Positions 52,911-64,000 of a DNA stretch of 64,000 nt are shown here, one piece after another. The notes under the pieces were generated by a model, which did no database searches, was not told the origin of the DNA, and saw nothing but the letters and a program-made list of their open reading frames with translations. The translations under genes and the position numbers were made by a program. The stretch lies in NCBI GenBank assembly GCA_964016885.1, contig OZ024740.1, positions 395,002,001-395,066,000 on the forward strand, given 5' to 3'. This DNA comes from Eledone cirrhosa. Its lineage: Eukaryota. Within the stretch, counting starts at the first letter, position 1; each line of letters opens with the position of its first letter.

Positions 52911-53105
52911 CAGCCCTGTCAACTCTCCCCGTCGGACGGGGAAATCTCCCACCCACTTTGGGGTGGGTGAGAGATGTCATCTCTTGTGAAAATGGGTATA
53001 GCTTTCATCATGTAAAATCTCCCCATTTTGCCTCATTTCTCCCCGTTTTGGGGCACTTTTGTTCACGGTACTCCTCGTTTGGGTTTTTAGAGGTTGGCAA
53101 GTCTG
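52911..53105. mobile_element. hAT-type MITE (copy 2)
   Basis: TIRs cagccctgtcaac/gttggcaagtctg with an 8-bp TSD TTTACATG (52903-52910, 53106-53113). Confidence 0.88.
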
Positions 53106-55558
53106 TTTACATGACCAATACATATAATAAACGTAACTTAATTTTGTATATACATTGACGCTTGTACTTTGGGCGTGTGCAGAAAAACCGAGGTTTGTGT
53201 CTGTGTGTGCAGTAAAATCGCCTGAAGAAGGAAAATTCCAAAATCAACCTCTACAAATTTGTGGGATTCTTTTTATTCGAAAAGTCTGTGAAAGAAGTCC
53301 TCTAATTTAAAACCTGTGATTGAAATAATTTCCAATCATCTTGCTCTTATTGGAGATGTTTAGTGCAGCATACGTGTAGAACAAGCATACGTCACTATAG
53401 TTCAATGATATACAAATATCTCATCACCTCATTATTAAAAGTCATCTCAGGACATATGGGTAAATAGAGATTGATTGAACAATAAATAATGGTTTCTAAT
53501 TTAAACACAAGAACAGCCATTTTGGGGGAAGAGAAATGTTGATTATATCGACCTCTGTATTTCACAGACATTTTATTTTATCGATCCCTAGAAGGATGAA
53601 AGGTAAATTTGACCGTGGCAAAATAAACAGCTATTATCTGACAAAACAATCATTAACCAATTCTCCTCTCTTGTGTTTTTTCCCTAAATTTCATACCGGC
53701 TCTCACCCAAATATGTTTATATTTTATATATTCAATGCTTCAGCAAACTTCAACATTGGTAATATGTAGACTGTCTCTTGTAATTTAAACCTAAGACAAG
53801 ATTGAGATATTTCACTGATTAATATAGTGATTTCTTATATAGGCACAATGCCAAAAATTTGGGGAGAGGGGAAAGTCGATTAAGTCGACCCCAGCGTGTG
53901 ACTGGTACTTTATTTTATCGACCCCTTAAGGATGAAAAGCAAAGTTAACCTCGGCGGGATTTGAACTCAGATCATAAAGGGCCGTAACTCTAAGTTGCAA
54001 AGTATGGCGTCCGACCCTCTACTGATACTGCCAATTAATATAGTAAATGTATATAAGGAGCCGTATCTCTTAATGGAGTCGTAAGGATGCCGTAGTGACA
54101 TATGACGTTTCTATGGCATTTTTAAACCTGGCGGAAACCATTCCCTTTCCAGTATGGTAGGTAGACATTCTATATTCTCGCAACACATTTAAATGATTAT
54201 AACAACCAGGGTAAGACTTCTTAGCGTGTATGTACATCATAGCACATACACAAACATACTTTGCTTGCTTTATTATGGTTATCTATCGATTTTGATTATG
54301 GCCCCTTTCGCCTTTGATTGTGGATTATTTTATAACTGTAGATTCCAGTCCTCAATGTACTGCCTCGGTTGTGGACGGGGCATGTACATGTTTGGTTGGG
54401 GGAATTACACGTTTCCCTTTTTTTCTCGCTTTTGCTAGTAGTGCTGTGTGCCTTCCTCTTCCATATCTTTAATCTCTTATTCCCAGTGAGAACAACTGGT
54501 TCTTTACAACTCTAGCCGGGTAATGACTATGGTATAGTTCAAAGGTTCTCAACGAGGGCATATGCCCCTCCCCCCGTGGAAGGGGGGGGGGGGGGCCTTT
54601 GAAGCTTTGGGAGGCGCTTGGCTATTTCCTTAGGTAAGTTTTATAAGCCATATTTGTACGTCTCTAAGACAGCCAGTGTGAATGAATTTGAATGAAAAAA
54701 ACGAAGAAAATAAATAAAAGAAGCTTGTCAACGAATTCCCTAGGGAGATAAAAGAAAAACGAAAGAAATCAAAGAAAATGAAAATAAAGGACAGCGTCAA
54801 CTTTTACAACAGTTACAAGAACAACAAAAAACGACAAGAAAAAGAAGCAATGGTGATGAAAGGTGTGGATTTATACATATACATACATACAATCATACAC
54901 ACACATACATACATACATCATGATGGCTGCCCCCCTCGTTATCGAGAATGGCCATTGCACGATATACCATCATTAATAATTATTAATTAATTCTATCGTG
55001 CAATGCCTGTGCGTAAAGATATTTTTTAAAGTGAGGAAAGACTGTGCACTGAGCCAATCCCACTCTCTGAGCGACAGTAGCTATAACCCGAAAAGAAGAA
55101 AAGATCAACATCATCGGTAACTACTGAGCTACAGGAGTTATCCCAGTTTCCTGAGTTGCCTTCTCCTAGAAGAATGCCCTGACAAAGGCTAGGGGTCCTT
55201 CACTCCCAGTGGTTTAACTGCGCGATCGGGTGTCCAGCCCGACTATTTCTATGTCCCCGCGCATATACATACACATGCACCCATGTATATACACATATAC
55301 ATACATATGTACATGTGTATACACATATTTACACACTTTTGGATGGCCGTTGACTCTTATGAGTTCTTCCGCCCTTTGTCAGGTTTTGTTTTTTGTCCTG
55401 TAGGGTGTCCAAAATCACCCTCCTCAACAAGTAAACTTTGTGGGGTTGCCGGTTTAGTCGCCGACGACCCGACCATGCGACAGGTTGTACTGGGTTACAT
55501 GTTACCAGTAGCACTCAAGAGTGACCCGACATACATACATACACACATACATACATAC

Positions 55559-56003
55559 CTGATGAGAAATCTGCAGATACTCCACCCTGATTACACCTTC
55601 AGATTTGTGCCTGTGATTATTGGGGTACTGGGGTATGTTAGTAACTGCCTCAATACAAATCTTGAGAAGCTAGGCTTCACAGGAACAGAAAGAACACAAC
55701 TAGTTAGGAAATTACAAGTACAATCCATTAATGGAACAGTAAAAATATGTAAAACATTCCAAATATTTTGCATCTAATAACTGCATATACACATGTACAG
55801 ATACAAAGCATATACACATGCAACTCAAAACATACACATCCACACATACAATAACATCCATATCTACACATGCATGCATGCAGACATACATACATATCTA
55901 CCTAGTTGATGTTGTGTAAATTCCAATGAGAGAGTCTTGTGTCTATGTTAGAAACCGACTCTCTCTCTATTGGTAAAAATTTGTGAAATTATAAAACCAG
56001 AAG
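55559..56003 (+). mobile_element. 5'-truncated RLE-type non-LTR retrotransposon (Dong/R4-like) 3' end in (CATA)n
   Basis: LMRNLQILHPDYTFRFVPVIIGVLGYV...LQVQSINGTVKICKTF, then a UTR; (CATA)n on both sides. Confidence 0.7.
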
Positions 56004-56268
56004 AACATACATACATACATACATACATACATACATACACATATATACACACACAGGCTGGCGTTGGTGTTTGATAAGGTTGAGAACCTGGTCAGCTTTC
56101 AGCCAGAAGTGTGGTATTTAATCTCCCTAGGTAATAAAATCTGGAGCGAAAATTCTCTCCTTAACAAAAAAAAACACACATAAATAATGTCAACATCCTT
56201 GCACACTTAAATATAAATGCATGTGTATTTATACAAATGTATAAATGCATAGCTATATACATAGGTAA

Positions 56269-57957
56269 TCATCATCATCATCATCATCGGGTTTAGCGTC
56301 CGTGTTCCACGCTTGTATGGGTTTGGACGGGGGTTTTCCCACTTGAGGCAAGAGTGGTTGTCTTGCTCGCATAGGACTGTCTGGCGGGTTTTCTACAGCT
56401 GGATGCCCTTCCTAACACCAACCACATTTACAGTGTGGGGCTGGGAGGTTTTTACCGTGTTGCCTACACGGCCACATTACAGCGTGGACTGTCTGGCGGG
56501 TTTTCTACAGCTGGATGCCCTTCCTAACGCCAACCACATTTACAGTGTGGGGCTGGGAGGTTTTTACCGTGTTGCCTACACGGCCACATTTACAGCGTGG
56601 ACTGTGTGTTTTTTTGTCGTGACACCTACACGATCTCATTTGTTTCGGCCTGGATGTTGTGGGACCAACATAACTTTACATTGAAAGGGGCGGTGTGGAT
56701 GGGGTGGAGATGGTGGGACGGGGGTGTGTGATAGAGATGCCTACTGACTGTAGTAGGTTTTTACTTTGTATTTAGGTAAGGCGGGTCTTCTCTATTACTG
56801 AGTACCGCCAAAGGTCTCGGTCCTGTGACATTGTCTTGGAAAGGTGTAAGCGTGTGAGGTCGGAATTTATCATGTCGTCCCAGGTTTTTCTGGGTCTGCC
56901 TACTCCGTGGCTACCGTCTATCTTTATTGCCATGCACTTTGTTATACAGCTGTCGTCTTTCATGCGCATCACGTGACCGTACCAACGTAGCCTTCTCTCG
57001 AGTAAACAACATCTGATCCCTCTTATTTCTAATTTTTTCCTTAGTTCGTTTATGCTTTGCCGTTCACGTATATTACTATTGCACATCCAGCGGAGCATGC
57101 AAGCTTCGTTCCTCTCTAGTCTGCGTATATCCTCTGCACACAATGCCCAGGTCTCACTGCCATGCAGCATTGCTGTTCGTATGCAGGCATCGTATAACCT
57201 GCCTTTCATTTTTAGGGAGAACCCTCTAGCGGCTAATAGTGGTATAAGCTCTCTGAACTTTTTCCATCCAGTTCTGACTCTAGCTACTGTACTTTCAGAG
57301 CACCCTCCCCCACTGCTGATTTTGTCACCCAGGTAACGGAAGCTGTCCACTATTTCTATAGAACCCTCTGCGCAGTTGAAGGAGCTAGTATTTTGTGGGC
57401 ACTTGCTGCTACTTATTGCACCAGAGCACCGGCCACATGTAAAATCTATGTTCTTAGTTAGCTTACCTGTGATCCCACTACATCTTTTATGCACCCATAC
57501 TTTGCATTTGGGACATAAAATGGAGTTTCTACCTACGCCTTTCCTACACACGGAGCATGGCCATTTCCCAGAAGGGACCGCCGCCTTATTTTCTTTCCTA
57601 CAAACTAGAACTTTAGTCTTAGCCAGGTTAATTTTAAGGCCTTTTGATTCTAGGCCTTGCTTCCATGTTTGGAATTTCTTCTCTAGTTCGGTCATTGATT
57701 CAGCTATGAGCGTTAGATCATCTGCGTATAGGAGTTCCCATGGGCAGCCGGTCTTGAACTCCTCTGTTATAGCCTGAAGGGCAATAATAAATAGTAGGGG
57801 GCTAAGAACAGAGCCCTGATGGACACCAACTTTTACGCTAAACTCTTCACTATATTCGTTGTTAATTCTAACCTTACTGACTGTTTCTTTATACATGGCT
57901 TGTATAGCTCTCACAAGCCATTCGTCAACACCTAGTTTTCTAAGAGACCACCAGGTA
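56269..57957 (-). mobile_element. 5'-truncated RTE-X-like LINE with (TGA)n tail
   Basis: Open RT frame; 3' UTR with a 112-bp tandem duplication (56374, 56486, partial 56599); (ATC)n on plus at 56269. Confidence 0.9.
56772..57956 (-). CDS. Uninterrupted partial ORF2: reverse transcriptase with embedded PHD finger (no native start)
   Basis: [23 protein letters not shown]...CPKC..WVHKRC...[17 protein letters not shown]. The frame is open upstream of the listed start ([14 protein letters not shown]) to the truncation. Confidence 0.85.
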   Translation of the reverse strand, partial: TWWSLRKLGVDEWLVRAIQAMYKETVSKVRINNEYSEEFSVKVGVHQGSVLSPLLFIIALQAITEEFKTGCPWELLYADDLTLIAESMTELEKKFQTWKQGLESKGLKINLAKTKVLVCRKENKAAVPSGKWPCSVCRKGVGRNSILCPKCKVWVHKRCSGITGKLTKNIDFTCGRCSGAISSSKCPQNTSSFNCAEGSIEIVDSFRYLGDKISSGGGCSESTVARVRTGWKKFRELIPLLAARGFSLKMKGRLYDACIRTAMLHGSETWALCAEDIRRLERNEACMLRWMCNSNIRERQSINELRKKLEIRGIRCCLLERRLRWYGHVMRMKDDSCITKCMAIKIDGSHGVGRPRKTWDDMINSDLTRLHLSKTMSQDRDLWRYSVIEKTRLT

Positions 57958-57984
57958 AATGTATGTATATATGTATGTATATAG

Positions 57985-58024
<40 letters not shown>

Positions 58025-58025
58025 C

Positions 58026-58175
<150 letters not shown>

Positions 58176-58298
58176 TTCTATTTAAATTGTTGGGATACAA
58201 CAAGCAAAGATTTTTATAACTGATATAAAGCACTCAACAAATATTTGGAGTAAAAATACGATATTAACAAATGGAAACTATATTTATAAAACCATATT

Positions 58299-58363
58299 TA
58301 TTTCATTATACATATTTCAAGGACACCAAGTTAAATTATGGTGTGCTTTCATCAGATAAAATA
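58299..58363 (-). ncRNA. Type I hammerhead ribozyme (mirror of 58533-58597)
   Basis: Reverse complement of the right-arm motif. Confidence 0.85.
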
Positions 58364-58532
58364 TAATATAGATCAGTTTTATAAATAAATATTGACATAC
58401 CCTTAAAAAATGCAACCATTGCTGTTGGAAGCTCCCGGATAGGATTATAGTGACTATCCGGGAGCTTCCAACAGTAATGGTTGCATTTTTTAAGGGTATG
58501 TCAATATTTATTTATAAAACTGATCTATATTA

Positions 58533-58597
58533 TATTTTATCTGATGAAAGCACACCATAATTTAACTTGGTGTCCTTGAAATATGTATAATGAAATA
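58533..58597 (+). ncRNA. Type I hammerhead ribozyme, family A
   Basis: tattttat-CTGATGA-aagcacacca...tggtgtcctt-GAAA-tatgta-TA^-atgaaata. Confidence 0.85.
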
Positions 58598-58636
58598 AAT
58601 ATGGTTTTATAAATATAGTTTCCATTTGTTAATATC

Positions 58637-58691
<55 letters not shown>

Positions 58692-58842
58692 CGTTGTTAT
58701 TTGACGTTGTTGAAAAGAGCAGTGGCCTTTGACCCGGCAATAAAAACTGGAAACAAAATTATTTCTGTACCAAAAACAAGGCCCACACAGACACACACAA
58801 GTTTGTTTGTGTGTCTATGTGCATGTTTGTATATATATTTAA

Positions 58843-58902
<60 letters not shown>

Positions 58903-58908
<6 letters not shown>

Positions 58909-59155
58909 ACTCCACGTGTTTACAACATAGGAATTACAGCGTACTCGCAGCATCACTATGGAAACGCCTTGTTGAGTCAAACGTAGCCAAGCGTTGATAT
59001 CATCCACTACCCGGAGTACCATAACTGGTACCATTATGGTACTCCGGGTAGTGGATGATATCAACCCTTGGCTAAGTTTGACTCAACAAGGCGTTTCCAT
59101 AGTGATGCTGCGAGTACGCTGTAATTCCTATGTTGTAAACACTTGGAGTAATAAT
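58903..59155. repeat. Near-perfect palindrome (122-bp arms, 9-nt spacer) in (TA)n
   Basis: Arms 58903-59024/59034-59155; three mismatches seen. Confidence 0.95.
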
Positions 59156-59419
59156 ATATATATACACACACATATATATATATGTATATACACACACATA
59201 TATATATATATGTATACACACATATATATATATATATATATATGTATACACACATATATATATATATATATGTATACACACACACATATATATGTATACA
59301 CACACATACATATATATGTACACACACACATATATATATATGTGTACACATACACATATATATGTGTACACATACACATATATATATGTGTACACATACA
59401 CATATATATGTGTACACAT

Positions 59420-59467
<48 letters not shown>

Positions 59468-59487
59468 CCATCTACATATATATATGT

Positions 59488-59535
<48 letters not shown>

Positions 59536-60223
59536 TGAGAGAGAGAAGGGGGGGGGTCAACAATCCCCAAACTAGGCAGTGTGTTGTGTCCTTGAGTACA
59601 GTACTTCATTTCATGTTGTTTCAACCCACTTAGTTAAACAACTCGTATCAACAGTAGCTGAAGACTTACCTAAAACCAGCCGTGGAAGCAGGATAAGACC
59701 TTGTCTGATATGGTGATGAGGCATCAGAAATTCTTCAAGAATACATTATAAAACACGGTAAACATGTATTTTATGTAATTATGTTTAATATGATTTCCTT
59801 TGTGTACCTCCATGGCAGTTACACGAATGTTTGTCTCAGATAATTGAATATAAACTACTAAACTATGACAATATATTGCACTGTTGAACATTACATTGCT
59901 CTATTCTGTTACATTACAGTCCTACTATAGTTCATTACACTGTATTAAGCTATTAAATTGTATTGTACAACTCAACATTTCTAACTGATTGCATTATACT
60001 GCATCATTTTTCTACATTCACTCTCATATCCATCGGTATCACATACACACACCATCAGATATACATATTCACCCCTAAACTATTTTATATAAACTTATTT
60101 AGCGGGGGAAAAACTGAAAATATGGATTATAAAAAGAAAGCAGATAATATAAATGATTTTATCCAGAATTTTATACATTATTAACAAAGTTTGTTTTGAA
60201 ACAGCGAGCGAAGTTTAAAATTT

Positions 60224-60411
60224 GTTAGAAATAGAGGCTTTCGCCGTACTTTTGACTAAAGAAACTTTAGCCTGGTAGTAGGGTTTAAAATCCTCTAAAA
60301 ATTGAAACGGATGAGTATTGTCATACTTTTCCATTTTTAGAGGGTTTTAAACTCCAGTATCCGGTTAAAATTTCTTTAGTAAAAGATATGACGAAAGCCT
60401 TTATTTCTAAC
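60224..60411. repeat. Older imperfect fold-back (~85-bp arms)
   Basis: gttagaaatagaggctttcg...cctctaaaaat / atttttagagg...cgaaagcctttatttctaac. Confidence 0.85.
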
Positions 60412-63400
60412 TTATTTATATATTAATTGTTTTCTACTTTTGGCACAAGGCCAGCAATTATTCCAGTACATTAATGTTACTTTATTTTATCGACCCCCAT
60501 AAGGATGAAGGGCAAAGTTAACCTCGGCAGGATTTTAACTCAGACCGTAAAGGGACGTAACTCTATGCTGCAAAGCATGGTTGAGAGTATAGAAGGTACA
60601 ATCTCTGTGAAACATTGTACCGTCTATACGCTCAATAAAATACATGCTCTACTTAACTTTTTAGACTTATGTATTGAGTTGTCTTTTTCAGAATGGTAGC
60701 CACTACTAATAATATATAAACATTCTTTAAGCCGTACTTATATGAGCAAAATGGCAACCGCGTTAACTAAATGTCCAGAATAAATATTGTATCAATATCG
60801 GAGATATATTCACACTATGCTGAACATAAGGATGTCCTACTGCTATTTACGCCAGGCATGTGGCCCACGGGCCGTATGTGGTCCTTTACAAGCACACCTG
60901 CGACCCGTACAAAGGTTTTTACAGTGCGAGCATGTTTTATCTTCGTAATTAGTTGTCGTGTGTGGCCCTCGGAGGACCCTCAGTTTCACATGCATGATTT
61001 ATACAATGGAGACATGAAAACAAAAGAAAGAAAAGAAGAAAAAGACAAACACAGTCTGTAAAAACATGCTCGTTAAACTACGATTTCTTTCGTTTGTAAT
61101 AATAGCATTGTGTATTTTAGAACTCATAGATGTTCTGATCTCCCCATCATTACTAACTTTAGAATACATACCGATTGTGTTCATACAACACAACACCAAA
61201 AAAGGTCCTTAATTTACGAGATGTGGCGGCTTCAGTCCTAAAGCTTTGGTATTCTGATGTAGTCACCACCAATACAATATAGTTTCATTCATATATATAC
61301 TGGAGAAATAAGGAACCAGACACCGTAAGATAAGTCATTTAACTTTTTGAATTTCTTGGTTTCTTTTGTTAGTGTGCTTTGTGTTTCAACATGGATAATT
61401 TTATTAATCATTTTATATCACCATAAGCACCCACCACTCGCTTTCAAATTCTTAACGCCCACCTGCCAATCTAGCACGGCAGTAGCACTTTGCATTTATA
61501 CATCTCGGTTGTTGAAATTACAGGATGGTCAGCCTGCAATTATACGATTAAACAGTGCTGCATATAATTCCTCATAAAATTTACTGAACCCTACCAATCT
61601 TAATAACTGTAAGACTACAGTCAATAAACGAGCAGGTAGCCTTTGTTCATCGAATAATTTGTAAGCTACCAAAATTGCAGCAGCAAAAATATCTTCACAC
61701 ACACTGATATAGAAAAAGTGGCTGAAAATCTTTCAATTATAAAAGACACGGCATTAATAATCGGCATTTTGAATGAAATTACTTTATTATTAAATCCATC
61801 CCCCAAAAAGACAGCTGAGAGACAATAAAGGCCGATAAAATCATCAAAGGTATAATCAATTTTTTTATACAATTAAACAGTAGTTTTAATTTGCATGAAA
61901 TTGAAATTAATGCTCCAATTGAGTGATGTTCCAAATGTATAGAATTTGTAACAATAGAAAGCTTTAAATCACTACTATGAGAACACTTAATACTGTATAA
62001 TTGACAGAAGACAATACTATTATTTGAGGCACGCATTATGCCTATAATTTACGTTCTGATAATAATTTACATAAAATTGTTGGATTATTAGATATTATAC
62101 ACACCATTTCATGGAACATTGTAGACGTCAGAGTCCCCTGAAATTTTGAAGTAGAAAATGTTCACAAATTAAATAAAATCCCTAAATTTAAACTTGATTA
62201 CATGAGCTTTATGAAAGAGAAAATTTCATTCAATTGGAAATCATTTTTGCTTCAGAAAAATTGTCGGTATGTTATTACCCAATTTGGATTTTTTCATATT
62301 GGACCCACAGTACAAATATTGGCAGTTCACTACAACAAATAAATGTGTGTGTGTGTACACATATATATCAACAAAGTGTAGTGGAAAAAAATTCATATAA
62401 TGTATACATGCAAATAATATCACAGTCTAATTTCCTTTTTCATCAAAAGAGCAAATGGTCCAATCCGGTTGATGTAAACTGGAGCAAGGCATGATGATTG
62501 ACAGTATTAGATAAAAAAACAAAAGGTAATGTATGTATGTGTTACCTTTGCCCGACCTTTCGTAAACAATTTCCATTCAGCTGATTTCTGGATGAGATTG
62601 AACATCCTTCTTGCAAACTCACCCCATTTCCTCTGGAGATCTCTCCTAACTCCAATTACCTTAATCTATATTTATTATTGTACCTGGGAAGCCATCTCTG
62701 AATGATATATATATAGAAAATAGTGCTGACTGGTACAACCCATGTCCTGGGGAGGGCATTATCAATTTAGATACGTTGCAGAGGCATTTACTCTTGTTTG
62801 TGCCCTTGTGGCATCATTTGTATGGCATTTGATTATAAAATGTGTATATTATCAAATTTTGCCTCGGGTGCCAGGCTGACACTTGACATGATATGGGAAA
62901 GAAGCAGAATTCAAAGGAAGTTTCAAATAATAATAAGGTAAAATAGAATTTGAATTATATTGCTACATTGAGATCTCATCTCAAATAATATCACCATTCT
63001 CTTGCTAACCTCTTCTCTCAAATAATATTGCCATTTTCTTTTAAAGAAATAGGTTATGACATAAAAACAGCTGCTTCTATCATGAAAAGAGGTGAAAAAA
63101 TTGTCATGTTTCCCAAAATCTCTTTAAAAGTTATGGTGTTGCTAAAGATTAAAGGAAGCTTAGAAATATTTCTATATTATGCAATTAGAATAAAATCAAT
63201 CTGTATTACTCAATATCCTGAGAATATTATATTGATGTTTTAATATTTCACACAGCTTCAGCCTCTATGAATTTGTTGTCTTCTTAAAATTAATTTATTA
63301 TTTTTATTATTACTATTATTATTCTATTTTTAGTAGCAAAAAAGAACACACATAATCACGCACTTTCAAACTTGCTAACACACATACAACTTACAACTTA

Positions 63401-63589
63401 CAAAAATAAAACGTGACAATTTTTTTTTATGTTCTCCACATTTGTGTAAGGTGTGAGCATGTGTATATGTATTAATACATACACCCTTTCTAACACAAAT
63501 AAGCATGTATATACATATATATATATCACAATCATCAATTTACATCTGTTTTCCCAACTTCCAAAGGTTGGACTATATGTGTGTGTGAG

Positions 63590-63786
63590 TTCTGAGTTCA
63601 ATTGGGGGTAACAACAGTAAGTAAGGTACTCAATGCATTAGTTGTGTGTAAACATCATGTTTAATATAGAAATGGCTTCTACAGGACTAGAACTGTTTCA
63701 TTCAAAAGAAATCATCAGGAAAGCCCATATGATTTCTTTTGAATGAAACAGTTTTAGTCCTGTAGAAGCCATTTCTATATTAAACA
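63590..63786. mobile_element. Family B hammerhead element with inverted partial copy
   Basis: Homologous to 30119-30255, inverted; arms 63658-63715/63729-63786. Confidence 0.8.
63674..63725 (-). ncRNA. Type I hammerhead ribozyme, family B
   Basis: Minus strand ggctttc-CTGATGA-t-ttc-tttt-gaa-t-GAAA-cag-ttctagtc-ctg-TA^-gaagcc. Confidence 0.82.
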
Positions 63787-64000
63787 GATATATATATATT
63801 AAAGCATGATATAATATATATATATATATGTATATATATATTAGAGCATGATATAATATATATATATTAGAGCATGATATATGATATATATATAATATAT
63901 ATATATGCTCTAACAACTCTGCCAGAAATGTAATCTATTGTGAGGGATTATTTTTAATAAACATGCAATATTAACCTGACTGTAAAAAATAATGAAAATG

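Noticed and set aside
53222-53255. ctgaaga-aggaaaattcc-aaaa
   Set aside because: GAAA is absent and neither helix III nor stem I forms.
55150-55215. Possible HDV-like ribozyme in the RTE-tailed element
   Set aside because: A P1-like pairing exists, but P1.1, P2 and J4/2 could not be assigned.

Overview
AT-rich, microsatellite-saturated animal genomic DNA; the repeat families suggest an octopus or other coleoid cephalopod (inference). I found no intact host gene, and nearly all ORF-track entries are translated (TA)n/(CA)n tracts. Mobile DNA present: a near-complete decayed Gypsy element (LTRs, PBS, PPT, GGTAT TSD) nested in a non-autonomous Helitron, a second Helitron, a full-length decayed mariner, a near-full RTE LINE, an RTE-X-like LINE with a PHD finger inside its RT, fragments of L1/Tx1, Dong/R4, CRE and Penelope-like elements, two hAT MITEs and about 20 tRNA-derived SINEs. 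Two signals are not explained by that list. (1) About 17 type I hammerhead ribozyme motifs, folded by eye (13 intact cores, 4 mutated), from about ten apparently unrelated families. They sit in short non-coding elements mostly beside (TA)n tracts, and several are head-to-head fold-backs with near-identical arms and compensatory changes between copies. (2) A 2.04-kb inverted duplication (10641-12682 vs 13889-15925) that is circularly permuted, closed at a 5-bp microhomology and joined to its host SINE by a reciprocal crossover mappable to 7 bp, as expected for an extrachromosomal circle that re-integrated nearby. Weaker evidence points to decayed minus-strand ionotropic-receptor-like exons. All alignments and folds were done by eye.
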